Source: Candidatus Eiseniibacteriota bacterium (GTDB lineage: Bacteria; Eisenbacteria; RBG-16-71-46; CAZAMP01). From it: 64,000 nt of DNA. Numbering within the stretch: the stretch's first letter is position 1; the number at the start of each line of letters is the position of its first letter. Positions 22,813 through 34,100 of the stretch are shown here, one piece after another. The stretch is taken from NCBI GenBank assembly GCA_965224245.1, contig OZ245046.1, positions 864,001-928,000 on the forward strand. Reading direction: 5' to 3'. The position numbers and the translations under genes are program-made. The notes below the pieces were generated by a model. It did not search any database. It was not told the DNA's origin and saw only the letters and a list, made by a program, of their open reading frames with translations.

Positions 22813-25800
22813 GTGAACGTCATCAGATCCTGGCTGTCCACCGCCTTGCCCCTGCTGGGGTACGCGACTCTCGCCACCGCCGCTACCTGGCACGTCCCGG
22901 CCGACCATCCCACCATCCAGGAAGCGATAAACGCCGCGACTACCGGTGACAGCGTGGTTGTCGCCGATGGCACGTACACCGGCCCCCTGAACCGCGACCT
23001 GGACTTCGGCGGCAAGAACCTCGTCCTGGCATCAGTCAACGGTCCGGAGTTCACGACAATCGACTGTGAGGAACTCGGACGTGGACTCATCTTGCAGTCA
23101 GGTGAAGACAGCACCTCGGTCGTGGAGGGATTTCATATCTACCGTGGGCGTTCCGCGCCGGGCCACTACACGGAGATCCCGCCCGGGGGGGGCATCTACG
23201 CCGTGTTCGCCACGCCCGTCATCCGGAACTGCGTCATCGATTCGTGCGTGGCTGGAGGCGGGGGCGGAGTGTGGACACGCGGTGGAAGGATCGAGGACTG
23301 TCTCTTCCGCTCCAACCAGGGCGGTGGGAAAGAACCCGGTGGTGCCCTCTTCGCCTACAGCGGGACGGCGCAAGTGATGGTCGAGAATTGCGAGTTCGTA
23401 GACAACTACTCCCGAGGAACCGGTGGCGGCGTGGGAACCAGCGGACCCAACGGGGTCACGATCTCGAACGGGTCGTTCTCTGGGAACGTATCGAGAAACA
23501 AGGGCGGAGGCATCTGGGTTTCCGGCCCGACGACGATTGTCCACACAACCATCACGGGAGACAGTGCGGACGCCGGAGGGGCGATCGGGATCACCAACTA
23601 TCCGGTTTCCATAATCGATTGCACATTGCAGCACAACCGCGCCGCAAGCAGCGGTGGCGCGCTGGTGCTACAGACCGCTGCCGTCGTGGATATGATCGGC
23701 TGCGATATCGCGGGGAACCGGGCGGTGGTGGACGGCGGGGCGATCTACGGGATTTCGACGTCCAGCAACTACACGCTGACCCTCGACGATTGTGATGTTC
23801 TAGACAACGTGGCCGGCCAGCGAGGCGGTGCGCTGTACACACCTCAGGAGGTGACGCTTGGAAACTGCCGCTTCAAGGGGAACAGCGCCAACCAGGGCGG
23901 AGGTCTCTTCTTCGGGGTCCAGCCGCTTCTCATCGAAGACTGTGTGATTGCCGGAAACTTCGCGACCGACGTGGGGGGTGGAATCTATGCGGTGATCGAG
24001 ACAATCGGCCTGACCTCGTACTGGCGCCGGTGCTCGATTGTCGCGAACGCCGCAGGAGCGGAAGCTGGGGGCATATACCTCGAGACCGTGGTGTCCCCGA
24101 CCGTCCGGATGGAGCATTCCATTCTTTGGGGTAACTGTCCCGAGGGTGCGAACGGTGAGATGGCCGGTGGGATGGGAGAGGTCAGGTTTCTGTGTTCGGA
24201 TCTGGATCAGTATGACATCGGGGGCCTCCTCGTGATCATGGACCAGTCCATCGACATCGACCCGCAGTTCTGCGATCGCCCTCCTTGCGAGGACGCACCC
24301 ACCTCGCAGGGGGACTTCACGTTGGTTCCAGGGTCGCCATGTCGTGCAGAGGCGGTGATCAATCCCTGCGGTGAGCTCATGGGGCCGCTGGATCAGGGGT
24401 GTACGCGCCAGTTTGAGCCGGTCGGGCTTCCCGGCGGAGCCTACTCTCTTCCCGGAGTCATCCGGGGCGATGCGCGGTTCGGAGACGCGGATGGAGATCA
24501 CGACTTCGAGATCCTCCTGACGGGGCTCGGGGATCCGGACAATGTGACGGGTCTATATCGGGTGTTCGCCAACGGCGAGGACCAGGTCTTCCTCGATGTC
24601 GGGGCGGGGTTTCCAGCGCTCGAGAAATCCTCGGTGGCGTGGGGTGATCACGACAACGACGGGGATCTGGATGTGCTCATCTCGGGTGACTCGGATGGCG
24701 GGACTCCGATCACCGCCATCTACGAGAACGACGCCGGCACGTACGTGGATGTCGGCGCGGATCTCGTGGGTTTTGAGAGTCCTGCAATGGCCTGGGGGGA
24801 TTACGACAATGACGGGGACGCGGACCTCGTGCTGACCGGCAACGACGAAAGCTCCGTTGGCATCTCCCCGAACTCGGTCCTCTACCGCAACGAGGGCGGC
24901 GTCGAGTTCGTGGACGTGGGGGCCGGGCTTCCGGGAGTGTGGCGCTCTTCCGTCGACTGGGGAGACTATGATGGCGACGGTGATCTGGATCTTGCGATCG
25001 CCGGGGAGGATGCAGGGTCTTCGAAGATCGCCGCAATCTATCGAAACGACGATCAGGTGTTCACCGATACCGGCGCCGCTCTGCCGGGCGTCACGTTCGC
25101 TACGGTCGAGTGGGGTGACTACGACAGTGACGGTGATCCGGATCTTTTGATTGCCGGTAGTGGAGACTCTGAGAACGTCCTCGCGATCCATCGAAACGAT
25201 GGCGGACTGTTCACGGACGTCAGCGCCGGGCTCATGGGACTTGGTGCTTCCTCGGCAGCCTGGGGAGACTGTGATGGTGACGGCGATCTCGACATAATCC
25301 TCGCCGGACTTGGACCGGGACCTGAGTGGGGAAGCGCAACGGTCGTCTACCGAAACGACGGAGACGATGTGTTCACCGGATTAGACCTCGGAATACTCGG
25401 CGTTGGCTACTCGTCGGTCCAGTGGGGGGACTCGGACAACGACGGTGATCTTGACGTCCTAATCACGGGCCTCAACGGCGGGACCTACCTTTCGCTTCTT
25501 TATCGAAACAACAGTGCCGTTGCCAACGCTCCCCCGTCAGCGCCAACGGGACTATCTGCCGAAGTAGTCGGTGGAGTCGCGACGTTTACCTGGGGAACCG
25601 CAACGGATTCCGAGACGCCGACCGCTGGGTTGACCTACAACCTCCGTGTGGGCACGACGCCCGGTGGCAGTGAGGTGATGTCAGCGCTGGCCGACCCATC
25701 GGATGGCCATCGGTACGTTCCGGCTTTCGGAAACGTCGGACACCGGTTGAGCTGGTCACTCACGGTGGATACGGAGGACCTCTACTGGAGCGTCCAGGCT

Positions 25801-26157
25801 ATCGACGCCGGGTTCGCCGGCTCGCCGTTCGCGCCCGAGGCCACTGTCGGGATGCTGGCGGTCGAGGATGTTCCGCTGCCGAGCGTCCACGCACTGAGAG
25901 CCGGTCGTCCCAACCCCTTCCGAACACGGACCACGATCTCGTTCGACCTGCCGGAAGCGGCCGTCACACGACTCACGCTGTATGACGTCGGAGGACGGCA
26001 CGTGTGCACGATTGCTGACGGTGAGTACTCCGCGGGCCGGCATCGCGCGACTGTCACCAGTCGAACTGGCGGGTCGCGCCTCTATCCCGGCGTCTACTTC
26101 CTGCGTATGGAGGCGGGGGAGTTCAGGGCGGATCGTCGGTTGGTGGTGCTGGAGTAG
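22813..26157 (+). CDS. Secreted protein: right-handed beta-helix + FG-GAP/VCBS repeats + FnIII-like + FlgD-Ig/T9SS-type CTD
   Basis: GTG start after GGAGG, signal peptide, VPADHPTIQEAI, GGAI/GGGI repeats, WGDYDNDGDxD repeats, PNPF...YDVGGR...PGVYF C-terminus. Confidence 0.85.
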   Translation: MNVIRSWLSTALPLLGYATLATAATWHVPADHPTIQEAINAATTGDSVVVADGTYTGPLNRDLDFGGKNLVLASVNGPEFTTIDCEELGRGLILQSGEDSTSVVEGFHIYRGRSAPGHYTEIPPGGGIYAVFATPVIRNCVIDSCVAGGGGGVWTRGGRIEDCLFRSNQGGGKEPGGALFAYSGTAQVMVENCEFVDNYSRGTGGGVGTSGPNGVTISNGSFSGNVSRNKGGGIWVSGPTTIVHTTITGDSADAGGAIGITNYPVSIIDCTLQHNRAASSGGALVLQTAAVVDMIGCDIAGNRAVVDGGAIYGISTSSNYTLTLDDCDVLDNVAGQRGGALYTPQEVTLGNCRFKGNSANQGGGLFFGVQPLLIEDCVIAGNFATDVGGGIYAVIETIGLTSYWRRCSIVANAAGAEAGGIYLETVVSPTVRMEHSILWGNCPEGANGEMAGGMGEVRFLCSDLDQYDIGGLLVIMDQSIDIDPQFCDRPPCEDAPTSQGDFTLVPGSPCRAEAVINPCGELMGPLDQGCTRQFEPVGLPGGAYSLPGVIRGDARFGDADGDHDFEILLTGLGDPDNVTGLYRVFANGEDQVFLDVGAGFPALEKSSVAWGDHDNDGDLDVLISGDSDGGTPITAIYENDAGTYVDVGADLVGFESPAMAWGDYDNDGDADLVLTGNDESSVGISPNSVLYRNEGGVEFVDVGAGLPGVWRSSVDWGDYDGDGDLDLAIAGEDAGSSKIAAIYRNDDQVFTDTGAALPGVTFATVEWGDYDSDGDPDLLIAGSGDSENVLAIHRNDGGLFTDVSAGLMGLGASSAAWGDCDGDGDLDIILAGLGPGPEWGSATVVYRNDGDDVFTGLDLGILGVGYSSVQWGDSDNDGDLDVLITGLNGGTYLSLLYRNNSAVANAPPSAPTGLSAEVVGGVATFTWGTATDSETPTAGLTYNLRVGTTPGGSEVMSALADPSDGHRYVPAFGNVGHRLSWSLTVDTEDLYWSVQAIDAGFAGSPFAPEATVGMLAVEDVPLPSVHALRAGRPNPFRTRTTISFDLPEAAVTRLTLYDVGGRHVCTIADGEYSAGRHRATVTSRTGGSRLYPGVYFLRMEAGEFRADRRLVVLE

Positions 26158-26177
26158 ATCACACGTTTGGCGCCACA

Positions 26178-26220
26178 GTTCGAGCCCCAGCCGGACTACC
26201 ATTCGGTGAACGTGGGGTCG
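26178..26220 (+). repeat. tRNA-Lys 3' fragment / partial junction element
   Basis: GTTCGAGCCCCAGCCGGACTACCA matches tRNA 14865-14888 at 21 of 24 positions. Lies 20 nt after the CTD gene. Confidence 0.8.
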
Positions 26221-26319
26221 CGGCGCCTTACTTGAGTCACCCCAAGCGGTTACTGTAGAGAGACACCCCAGAGTTGAGCTAAGGCGACACCCAGATTTAC
26301 GCACTATCGCGTAAGTCCT

Positions 26320-27612
26320 ATGTCTGTGACGCTCTCGATCGAGGAGGGCGTCATGGCCAAGCTCGATCGAGGGGATCGCATGAGCATCATCTCGTTGTCG
26401 GACCGGGGTCACTCGTCTCGCCGGATCGCCCGCATGCTGGGCGTGACCGAGGGCACGGTTCGCTACCATCTCCGACGCCACCGCCAGGGCGACCACGACG
26501 GCCGGGCCGATCAGCCGCATCTGGCGAGCGCGCACGCCGAGGCCATCACGCGGTGGATCGAGTCCCGTGGCACCGGTCCGCTCAACGTGGCCGCCCTTCA
26601 CGATCATCTCCAGGAGGAGCATCGCTACACGGGGAGCCTGCGCTCGGTACAGCGCTTCGTTCGCACGCACTACCCCACGCCCGCGCGCCGCGCCCGCCGA
26701 CGCGTGGAGACCCCGCCGGGCGCGCAAGCGCAGGCGGACTGGAGCGAGTGGCGGGACGTGTGGATCGGCGGCCGGCGCGAGCGTCTGTACGCGTTCGAGC
26801 TTCAGCTGAGCTACAGCCGGTACGCGGTTCGGGTGTGGTCGCGGCGCAAGGACCAGCTCTCGTGGCATCACGTGCACAACGAGGCGCTGCGGCGTCTGGA
26901 GGGCGTGCCGGCCACGATCCGCGTGGACAACGAGCGGACGGCGGTCTCGCGCGGTGCGGGGTGCTGGGGCGAGCTCAACCCGTCGTACCGGCAGTACGCC
27001 CGCGTGGTGCGCTTCCACATCGACGCCTGCCCGCCGCGTGAGCCGTGGACGAAGGGGAAGATCGAACGCCGCATCCGTGACGGTCGTTTCTGGAGCGACC
27101 CTCGCGACCGTCACTGGGACTCGCTGGTGGAGCTTCAGAGCTGGACCGACGAGAGGAGCGTTCGCTCGGCACACCGCCGCCGGTGTCCGCGCACGGGAAC
27201 GAGCGTGATGAGCGCGTACGCGAGCGAGCAGCCGCTGCTGGGCGCACTGCCGATCCAGCCCGAACCGTTCGACGTGGTGGTGATGCGGGCGGTGAGCCAC
27301 GACTGTCTGGTGTCGTTCGAGGGGCGACAGTACTCGGTGCCGTTCCGGTTCGTGGGTCGCCGGGTCGAGGTGCGTGGCTGCGCCGAGCGGGTGCAGATGC
27401 TGGGCGAGGGTGCGATCGTGGCGATGCATCCGCGCTACGGGGAGGAGCGGATCGTGATCGATCCGGCCCATTACGAGGGCGAGGACACCGCCACGGTGCG
27501 TGCTCCACGCCCGCTGGGGAAGATGGGCCGACGTCTGGAGGAGATCGCCCAGATGGTGCCCGAGGCGCGTCCGGTCGATCTGTACGCGGCGATCGCCGAG
27601 GTGGCCCGATGA
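26320..27612 (+). CDS. istA: IS21 transposase IstA
   Basis: N-terminal HTH, ETPPGAQAQADW, VDNER, KGKIER, YSVP. Confidence 0.9.
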   Translation: MSVTLSIEEGVMAKLDRGDRMSIISLSDRGHSSRRIARMLGVTEGTVRYHLRRHRQGDHDGRADQPHLASAHAEAITRWIESRGTGPLNVAALHDHLQEEHRYTGSLRSVQRFVRTHYPTPARRARRRVETPPGAQAQADWSEWRDVWIGGRRERLYAFELQLSYSRYAVRVWSRRKDQLSWHHVHNEALRRLEGVPATIRVDNERTAVSRGAGCWGELNPSYRQYARVVRFHIDACPPREPWTKGKIERRIRDGRFWSDPRDRHWDSLVELQSWTDERSVRSAHRRRCPRTGTSVMSAYASEQPLLGALPIQPEPFDVVVMRAVSHDCLVSFEGRQYSVPFRFVGRRVEVRGCAERVQMLGEGAIVAMHPRYGEERIVIDPAHYEGEDTATVRAPRPLGKMGRRLEEIAQMVPEARPVDLYAAIAEVAR

Positions 27613-28427
27613 GCAGCACCCCCAAGACCAAGAAGATCACGCCCCGACTCGATCTGGACACGACGCGGGAACGGCTCGAGCAGCTCGGACTGGCGCGTGC
27701 GGCCGAGTCGCTCGATCACCTGATCGCCGAGGCGGTCAAGGAGGAGATGCCGCCGCAACGGTTCCTCGATCAGCTGCTCGGTGAAGAGCTCTCGTTCCGC
27801 GATGAGCGTCGCGTACGGACCTCGCTGAAGCTCTCCGGTCTGCCCACTGGACAGACGCTGGGGAACTTCGACTTCGCGTTCCAGCCGTCGATCGAGCGCT
27901 CGCGGATCGAGACGCTGGCCACGTGTCAGTGAATCCGAGAGAACCGGACGCTCTTGATCCAGGGACCGCCAGGAGTCGGGAAGACGCATCTGGCGGTGGC
28001 GCTCGGCATCCGAGCGGTCGAAGCCGGGTTCGGCGTCACGTTCATGCGACTCGAAGAACTGCTGGCCGCACTACGGCGCGATGCCGATCTGCCACCGGCG
28101 AGGATCCGGCGACGCAAGTATGCGAACGTGTCGCTGCTCGTGATCGACGAAGTCGGGTTCGAGCCGATGAACCGGCACGAGGCGAGTCTGTTCTTCCGGC
28201 TCGTCAGCTATCGCTATCAGCGCGGCGCGATCCTCATCACCACGAACAAGGGCATCCGAGACTGGCCGGAGATCCTCGCCGGAGACGAGATCCTGGCCAC
28301 GGCCATCCTCGATCGCCTGCTTCATCGCAGTCACGTGCTGAACATCGCCGGGCGGAGCTACCGGCTCCGGGACCTGGAACGAGCCGCGACGGCCGCTCAC
28401 ACGACCTCAACTGCGCGCGACACCTGA
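27609..28427 (+). pseudogene. istB: IS21 helper ATPase IstB with in-frame TGA at 27930
   Basis: FDFAFQP before the stop. GPPGVGKTHL, IDEVG and AILDRLLH in the same frame after it. Confidence 0.85.
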
Positions 28428-28574
28428 CGGTGTCGCTTGCTGACTCCCGAGGGCCTGTAAGACGATGAAAGGAGAACCACTTATCCCGAACTCAGGTGCG
28501 TAAGACTGGGTGTCGCCTAAGTGCGTAACACTGGGTGTCGCTTGACACCGGGGAGAGAGGCGGGGGATGCAGTC

Positions 28575-28875
28575 GGCGGGGCATCTTCCAGGTGAGGAAG
28601 CGTTCTAGCTTCGCGATGAGCCGATCGGGCAGGAAGACCTCGCCATTGCGCTTGCCCTTCGTGCGAGCCTGATCCAGCCGCACCCGGTGACGTACCGTTT
28701 CGCCGTCCGGCGTGACGTGGCGCACGTCCAGACCGAGCACCTCGGACAGCCGGAGGCCCGTGCCAAGGGCCATGGAGAAGAGGACGTGGTCGCGGGGGCG
28801 AGGGGGTTGGCCGGACACTTCGAGCAGCTTGGCCTGCTCGGCCTGAGTCATGGTCTCAGGGGCGCGGTAGGGCAT
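28575..28875 (-). pseudogene. Tyrosine recombinase, 3'-truncated next to IS21
   Basis: RDHVLFSMALGTGLRLSEVLGL (box I Arg) and TKGKR (catalytic Lys). HxxR and Tyr motifs are missing. ATG 28875 follows GGAGG. Confidence 0.82.
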
Positions 28876-28959
28876 GGGGCCTCCTGCGGACCATGTTCCC
28901 TCTGGTTGCCGGTAGGTCAAGTCATTCTGGCGCCGCGATCACCTCTTCCATCGTTGTGC

Positions 28960-29592
28960 TCACAGAATCTGCTTCTCGTAGACAGTGAAGTCCGAGTCGA
29001 GCGCCGGATACTCGCGGTGTTCCGCCCAGGCGGTGAACTCGACGTCCTTCTCCAGAATACCAGTCCACTTCTCGGCGAGACGCTCGAACTCGGCGAACAC
29101 ATGATGTGTGCGCTTGTGGCCATAGATCTCGGGGTAGTGAACGGTTGGCAATCCATACGCCCGGTCTTTCTTGCGCGGGTAAGGCTTGATGTACTGGAGG
29201 CCCTTTGAACCCTTGTACTGATGAGACTCCATGAAGGCCGGGACGAGCGGTCCCTCGAAGATGAGGTCGTAGTCGGAGTTCTTGCCGAATGAATGGTCGA
29301 GGGGCTTCGACGGATTGCGCGAGTAGCCGGTTGTCGACGACCCCGTTAGGAGGATGCGGCTGATCATCTTCGTCGCGTCGGCGACGACGGTCACGTCATG
29401 AACGAACTGCCGGTATTGTTCCGTGCTCGAGAATCCCAACGGGCATTCCTTTCGCCTCATCTGCTCAAACGCACCGCGCTGACCATCGACTGGGCCCTGC
29501 GCGTCTTGAATGCGAGCGCGCAGCTCTCGATGAACCATCTGCAGTTGTGCGTCGAATGCTCCCGTCGTCTGGATTGTCGGAGTCACGGACAT
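28960..29592 (-). CDS. Putative Pol-beta-superfamily nucleotidyltransferase
   Basis: LTGSSTTGYS...SDYDL (GS + DxD signature). AGGAG RBS. Confidence 0.6.
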   Translation of the reverse strand: MSVTPTIQTTGAFDAQLQMVHRELRARIQDAQGPVDGQRGAFEQMRRKECPLGFSSTEQYRQFVHDVTVVADATKMISRILLTGSSTTGYSRNPSKPLDHSFGKNSDYDLIFEGPLVPAFMESHQYKGSKGLQYIKPYPRKKDRAYGLPTVHYPEIYGHKRTHHVFAEFERLAEKWTGILEKDVEFTAWAEHREYPALDSDFTVYEKQIL

Positions 29593-29827
29593 GATCGCTC
29601 CTGTTCCGGGGAATGAAAGGCGCTGACGACGCGGCAAGATACCATGGAGACGGCGCGCGCAACCAGGTCATCTCCGTTCGTGTGCATGAGAGCCGACGCG
29701 CGGGCATCACGGGACCTCTCGGGCAGCATGTTCCCTCTGCCTGCCCGGACATCAAGTCCTTCTGTCGCCTTGACTGTCTCTCCCGCTGGAGCGTGCATCG
29801 TCCTGTAGCCCGAACAGGAGGTATTGC

Positions 29828-30280
29828 ATGGGCAGGAAGCGTAGCGGCCAGCTGGAGCTAGACGGCCTGAGGGCCGCAGTAGAAGCCGCACAGGCGGGCG
29901 TGGACGCGGCGACCAAGGAAGCGGACCGCCTTCGGGCCAGGGCGAAAGCGGCCGTCACAGACGCCAAGACCGCCTACCGGATCGCCCACACGGCGTACCG
30001 CGACGCGTGCCGTCGGGCGGGCGTGGACTGCGAGTTCGCCCGGGGCCGCTCGGAGAACGTGTCGCCGCGGGTCAGCTTCGAGGTGGTCAAGGTGGCGAAG
30101 GGGGTTCGCGTCACGGTCCGGGGGCGACCGGAGACGGCAGAAGTGATCCCGATGGCGAAGCTCAATGTCTCCATCGGCAAGGCGGCCCTCCACTACTGCG
30201 AGAGGCACATCGGGCCGCCGGAGGTCGTGGGGAACAAGCAGGGGAGTCTGGCGAATAGGTTGAGGACGCTGCTCGCATAG
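29828..30280 (+). CDS. Hypothetical element-backbone protein
   Basis: Strong AGGAGGT RBS, coiled-coil N-half. A decayed copy lies at 55218-55350. Confidence 0.7.
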   Translation: MGRKRSGQLELDGLRAAVEAAQAGVDAATKEADRLRARAKAAVTDAKTAYRIAHTAYRDACRRAGVDCEFARGRSENVSPRVSFEVVKVAKGVRVTVRGRPETAEVIPMAKLNVSIGKAALHYCERHIGPPEVVGNKQGSLANRLRTLLA

Positions 30281-30384
30281 CAGAGACCGGGCGTTCCTTC
30301 TGGGCTGTCTCGTATTCCAGCGGCAAGTCCACGCACTCGACATGACCGAGTTGCGAAGCGGCAAGGGCAAGCCCTGGCAGACCG

Positions 30385-30627
30385 CCGGAACCTGCGTCGG
30401 CGCCACTCGATGACGGTTCTCGGCTTCACGATGTAGAGAAGCTCACGCCAGCGGGCGGAGATGCGAGAAAAGAGCGACCAAAGCAGGCGATCGCGATCTC
30501 GAAGCTTCGGTCGCTTTACCGATCGCTTGTGGACGGCGAGCTGGTGGCGGAGCAGGGCGTTCTCGAGCTGGAGCTGCGAGTGAGAGACGACGAGCCCTCG
30601 AACGAAGGCGAAGACGGCCGCGAGCAT
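30385..30627 (-). pseudogene. N-terminal relic of an integrase-core (rve-type) transposase
   Basis: LENALLRHQLAV..R...RPKL...DRLLW...IVKPRTVIEW pattern. Truncated. Confidence 0.65.
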
Positions 30628-31009
30628 GGATGATCCAGGGTAGAATGGACGTTGGCGACGAGCCGGGGAGGCTGCCATGGCCACTGCGCCAACGTCAACG
30701 GAAGCAACGTGTAGGGGTTTTCGGGAGGCACAGGTGTCAAGTGGTACCTGCCACCACTTCTCGCCCGACGAGTGAGACCGAGAAGGCGATGCGATCCAGG
30801 AGTCCCTGTCGGGGACCTGCGTCGGCGTTTCGGGTTCCCCGTACTGCATCGCCAGTATCGAGGAACCTACCATTGGAAGCATTACTGTGAGTACGTCCCG
30901 TAACGTCGGATGGAGTTCCGTGTCTTGCGGCAAGGACACGTCGCGAACTGGGGTGCCCGCAAGCCATCGATCCCCTCGGGGGGCATCGAGCCCTCGGTTG
31001 GCAGCGCGG

Positions 31010-31130
31010 GAACTCCTGGGGGATGTCACGCCCGTCGAGTTCGAGGAGGCGATCCACGACGATCCACGAGACCCCGCCAGAGTGGTGGGACTCAACCACA
31101 CCGCTCTCGGGAACCCCCGGAGTGGTTCGG
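31010..31130 (+). pseudogene. 3'-end relic of an IS3 element
   Basis: LGDVTPVEFEE resembles [11 protein letters not shown] of the OrfB end. Followed by an IR-like CTCTCGGGAACCCCCGGAGTGGTTC. Confidence 0.5.
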
Positions 31131-31143
31131 TCTGGGGGACTCC

Positions 31144-34100
31144 ATGACGCGAAGGGCACGAGCAGTGCCGGCTCTAATGGCGGTACTGGCCATCCTTGTT
31201 AGCCACGCGCACCCTGCCACTGGTGTGATCCAGAGCTACACCGAGGACTTCACGACCAAGACGTACTGCGACACCCTGAGCACGACGGCATGGTGGGATA
31301 CCGCTGCCGGGGAGCTGAAGCTACATGCCTTGACCCCTACGCTGGTCGGTACGTACGACACGCCGGGATCAGCCTTCGCCGTCACGATTTCGGGCGATCA
31401 GGCGTTCATCGCCGATTATACGGGCGGTCTACACATCATCGATGTCACCGATCCGGCAGACCCGGTCCTGCTCGGCACTCACGGCACTCCACACAAGGCC
31501 GCCGATGTCGCGGTGGCCTCGGATCGCGCGTTCGTCGCCGACGGCCTGAGCGGTCTGCAGATCGTCGACGTCACCGATCCAGTCAGCCCGGCGTTCGTGG
31601 GTGCGTACGATACGCCGGATCTGGCACTGGGCGTGGCGGTCGATGGCACCCATGCCTTCGTGGCGGACGGCGAGACCGGGCTCATCGTGATCGACTGCTC
31701 CGACCCGTCGAATCCGGTTCCGGTGGGCCTTCAGGACACCTCGGGATTTGCGTGGGACGTCGAGGTGTCGGGAGATCTCGCATTCCTCGCCGACGACGTG
31801 GCGGGACTCGTCGTGTTCGACATCTCCGATCTCACGAACCCCGCGATCATCAGCACGTACGACACACCCGGAGCGGCGAGGGGCGTCGCGGTCGCCGGGG
31901 ATCTGGCATTCGTCTCGGACGAGAGCAGCGGCCTCCACATCATCGATGTTTCCGACCCGGCCAGTCCTCTTCACGTCAGCACCACCGGCACGCCCGGCGA
32001 TGCCATCGGCATCACGGTCTCCGGTGACCTCGTCTTCGTTGCATGCGACACGCAGGGTCTTCAGGTCTTCGACATCCGCGATCCATCGAACCCGGTCATC
32101 GCCAATGCCTTCGTCACGCCCAGCTCCGCAATCGGTGTCGCGGTGGCCGGAGATCTCGCCTTCGTCACGGACGAGATACAGGGTCTGCATGTGATCAGGG
32201 TCCGATACCCCACGAGCCCGGCGCTGGAAGGTACCTTCGTGGACTCCGACGGCATCTACGATGTCGCGGTGTCCGGAGACCTGGCGTTCGTGGCCGCGCA
32301 GACCGGGTTGCTGATCATCGACATCAGTGACCCGTCCACCCCGGTCGTCATCGGCAGCTACGATACGCCGGCAACTACCGCTCACATCGCGATCGCCGGG
32401 AACCTCGCCTTCCTGGCGGAGTACGACTATTCGAACTACCGATACACGCTGCTGATCGTCGACGTCACGGACCCCGCGAGTCCCGCGCTCGTCAGCTCGC
32501 ATGACACGACGGACTCGATCAACAGCCTCTCCGTGGCCGACGATCTTCTGCTCGTGCAGGTCGCCTTCTCCGGATTGGAGATCTACGACGTCAGTGATCC
32601 GACCAGCCCTGTGCTGGTCGGCACCAGTGGCGGTCCATTCGGCGGCAGTACCATCTACGGCCATCGTGCCTATTTCGGCGGCAGTGGTCTCGGGATTCTC
32701 GACATCAGCGACCCTTCGATGCCCGTGCCGGTCGGCAGCTGCTCTCTCTTCGGAAACGGCGGCTTTGGCGTGGAGGTGGAGGGCGATCTGGCCTATCTCG
32801 CAAACGGGATCTGGGGCCTCGCGGTCGTCGACATCAGTGACCCTACCGCGCCGGAGGTGCTTTCCTACACCTGGACAGAGGAGGACGCGAGCCACATCGC
32901 CGTCAGCGGCAACATCGCGCTCGTCACGGATCGCAACTGGGGGCTACACGTGTTCGACATCACCGACCCTGTGAACCCGGTCCTCACCGACGTGTACGAT
33001 ACGCCGGATGATGCTCGACGAGTCGTGATCGAAGGGGAGCTCGCGTTCATCGCAGACTGGGCGGGTGGCCTGCACATTCTCCGCATCTACCAGCATGAGC
33101 TGGATACCGCGAATCACGCAGGCCAGTCTCTCCCGGTCGATGGAGCTTCCAGCACGATCCCGCGTGCTCGTGTCCTGGATGTGAGTACCGGTGTGGTCTC
33201 CTGGGAGCTGAGCGCCGACGCGGGCGCGAGCTGGACGGCCGTTGCCACGCCCGATGCATGGACACGGATCGCATCCCCGGGTGCGGATCTCCAGTGGAGA
33301 TCGTTACTCGAACTGGGTGGAGTGGGTCTGCCCACCGTGTCGGAACTCACCCTGGAGTGGCTGAACGAATCTGGCCCGGTCGTCTCGATCACCGACATCG
33401 CCGATGATCAGGGCGGCTGGGTGCGTCTGAGCTTCGGCCGCTCGGGCTACGACTTCGCCGACGAGAGCAGCCTCCCGGTGGCGACGTACCAGATCTATCG
33501 ACGCCTGGATGACGAGGTCCTTCGCCGGCAGGTGCTCGAGGACGGCCGTATGGCCGATGCCGAGGTACTGGAGCGGGCGCCGATGTCGTCTCTCCATCCG
33601 TCAGCCGTTCGGAGCTTCCGTGATCGCCTGTATGTCCTGGGCGAGGAAGGGAGCGCCAGAGGTGAGATGCCTCCCGGGGTCTGGGAGATTCTGACGACAG
33701 TCTCGGCCTTGCAGCAGGATGAGTACGTGGTAGCGGTTCCAACCCTCGGAGACTCGAGCGATGCCGGAATCGCCTGGTCGGTCAACCTCGTCACCACACA
33801 CACGACGACGCCGTCGATCTGGTTCGCCTCCGCGCCCGATAGCGGCTACTCGGTCGACAACATCGCTCCGGGCATCCCGTCGGGTCTTGCCCTGCTTGGC
33901 ACGGAGCTCTCGTGGGATGCAGCACCGGAGGATGACTTCCGGCATCACAGCGTCTATGGCTCGGAGCTGGAGGAGTTCGATCCGGCGGCCACACTGATGG
34001 GCTACACGGTCGACCCTATCTACGACGTGAGCGGTGCCTCGTACGGCTACTACCACGTGACGACGACCGATCACGTGGGCAATGAAGGGGACGCGGCCAG

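Larger units (their letters stand above)
26254..28547 (+). mobile_element. IS21-family insertion sequence
   Basis: TGT...ACA ends with reiterated GCGACACCCAG..TTACGCAC subterminal repeats, istA-istB. No target duplication seen. Confidence 0.9.

Noticed and set aside
27930-27932. Stop-codon recoding (TGA as Trp or Sec)
   Set aside because: Single case in an IS gene, and many intact genes here end in TGA
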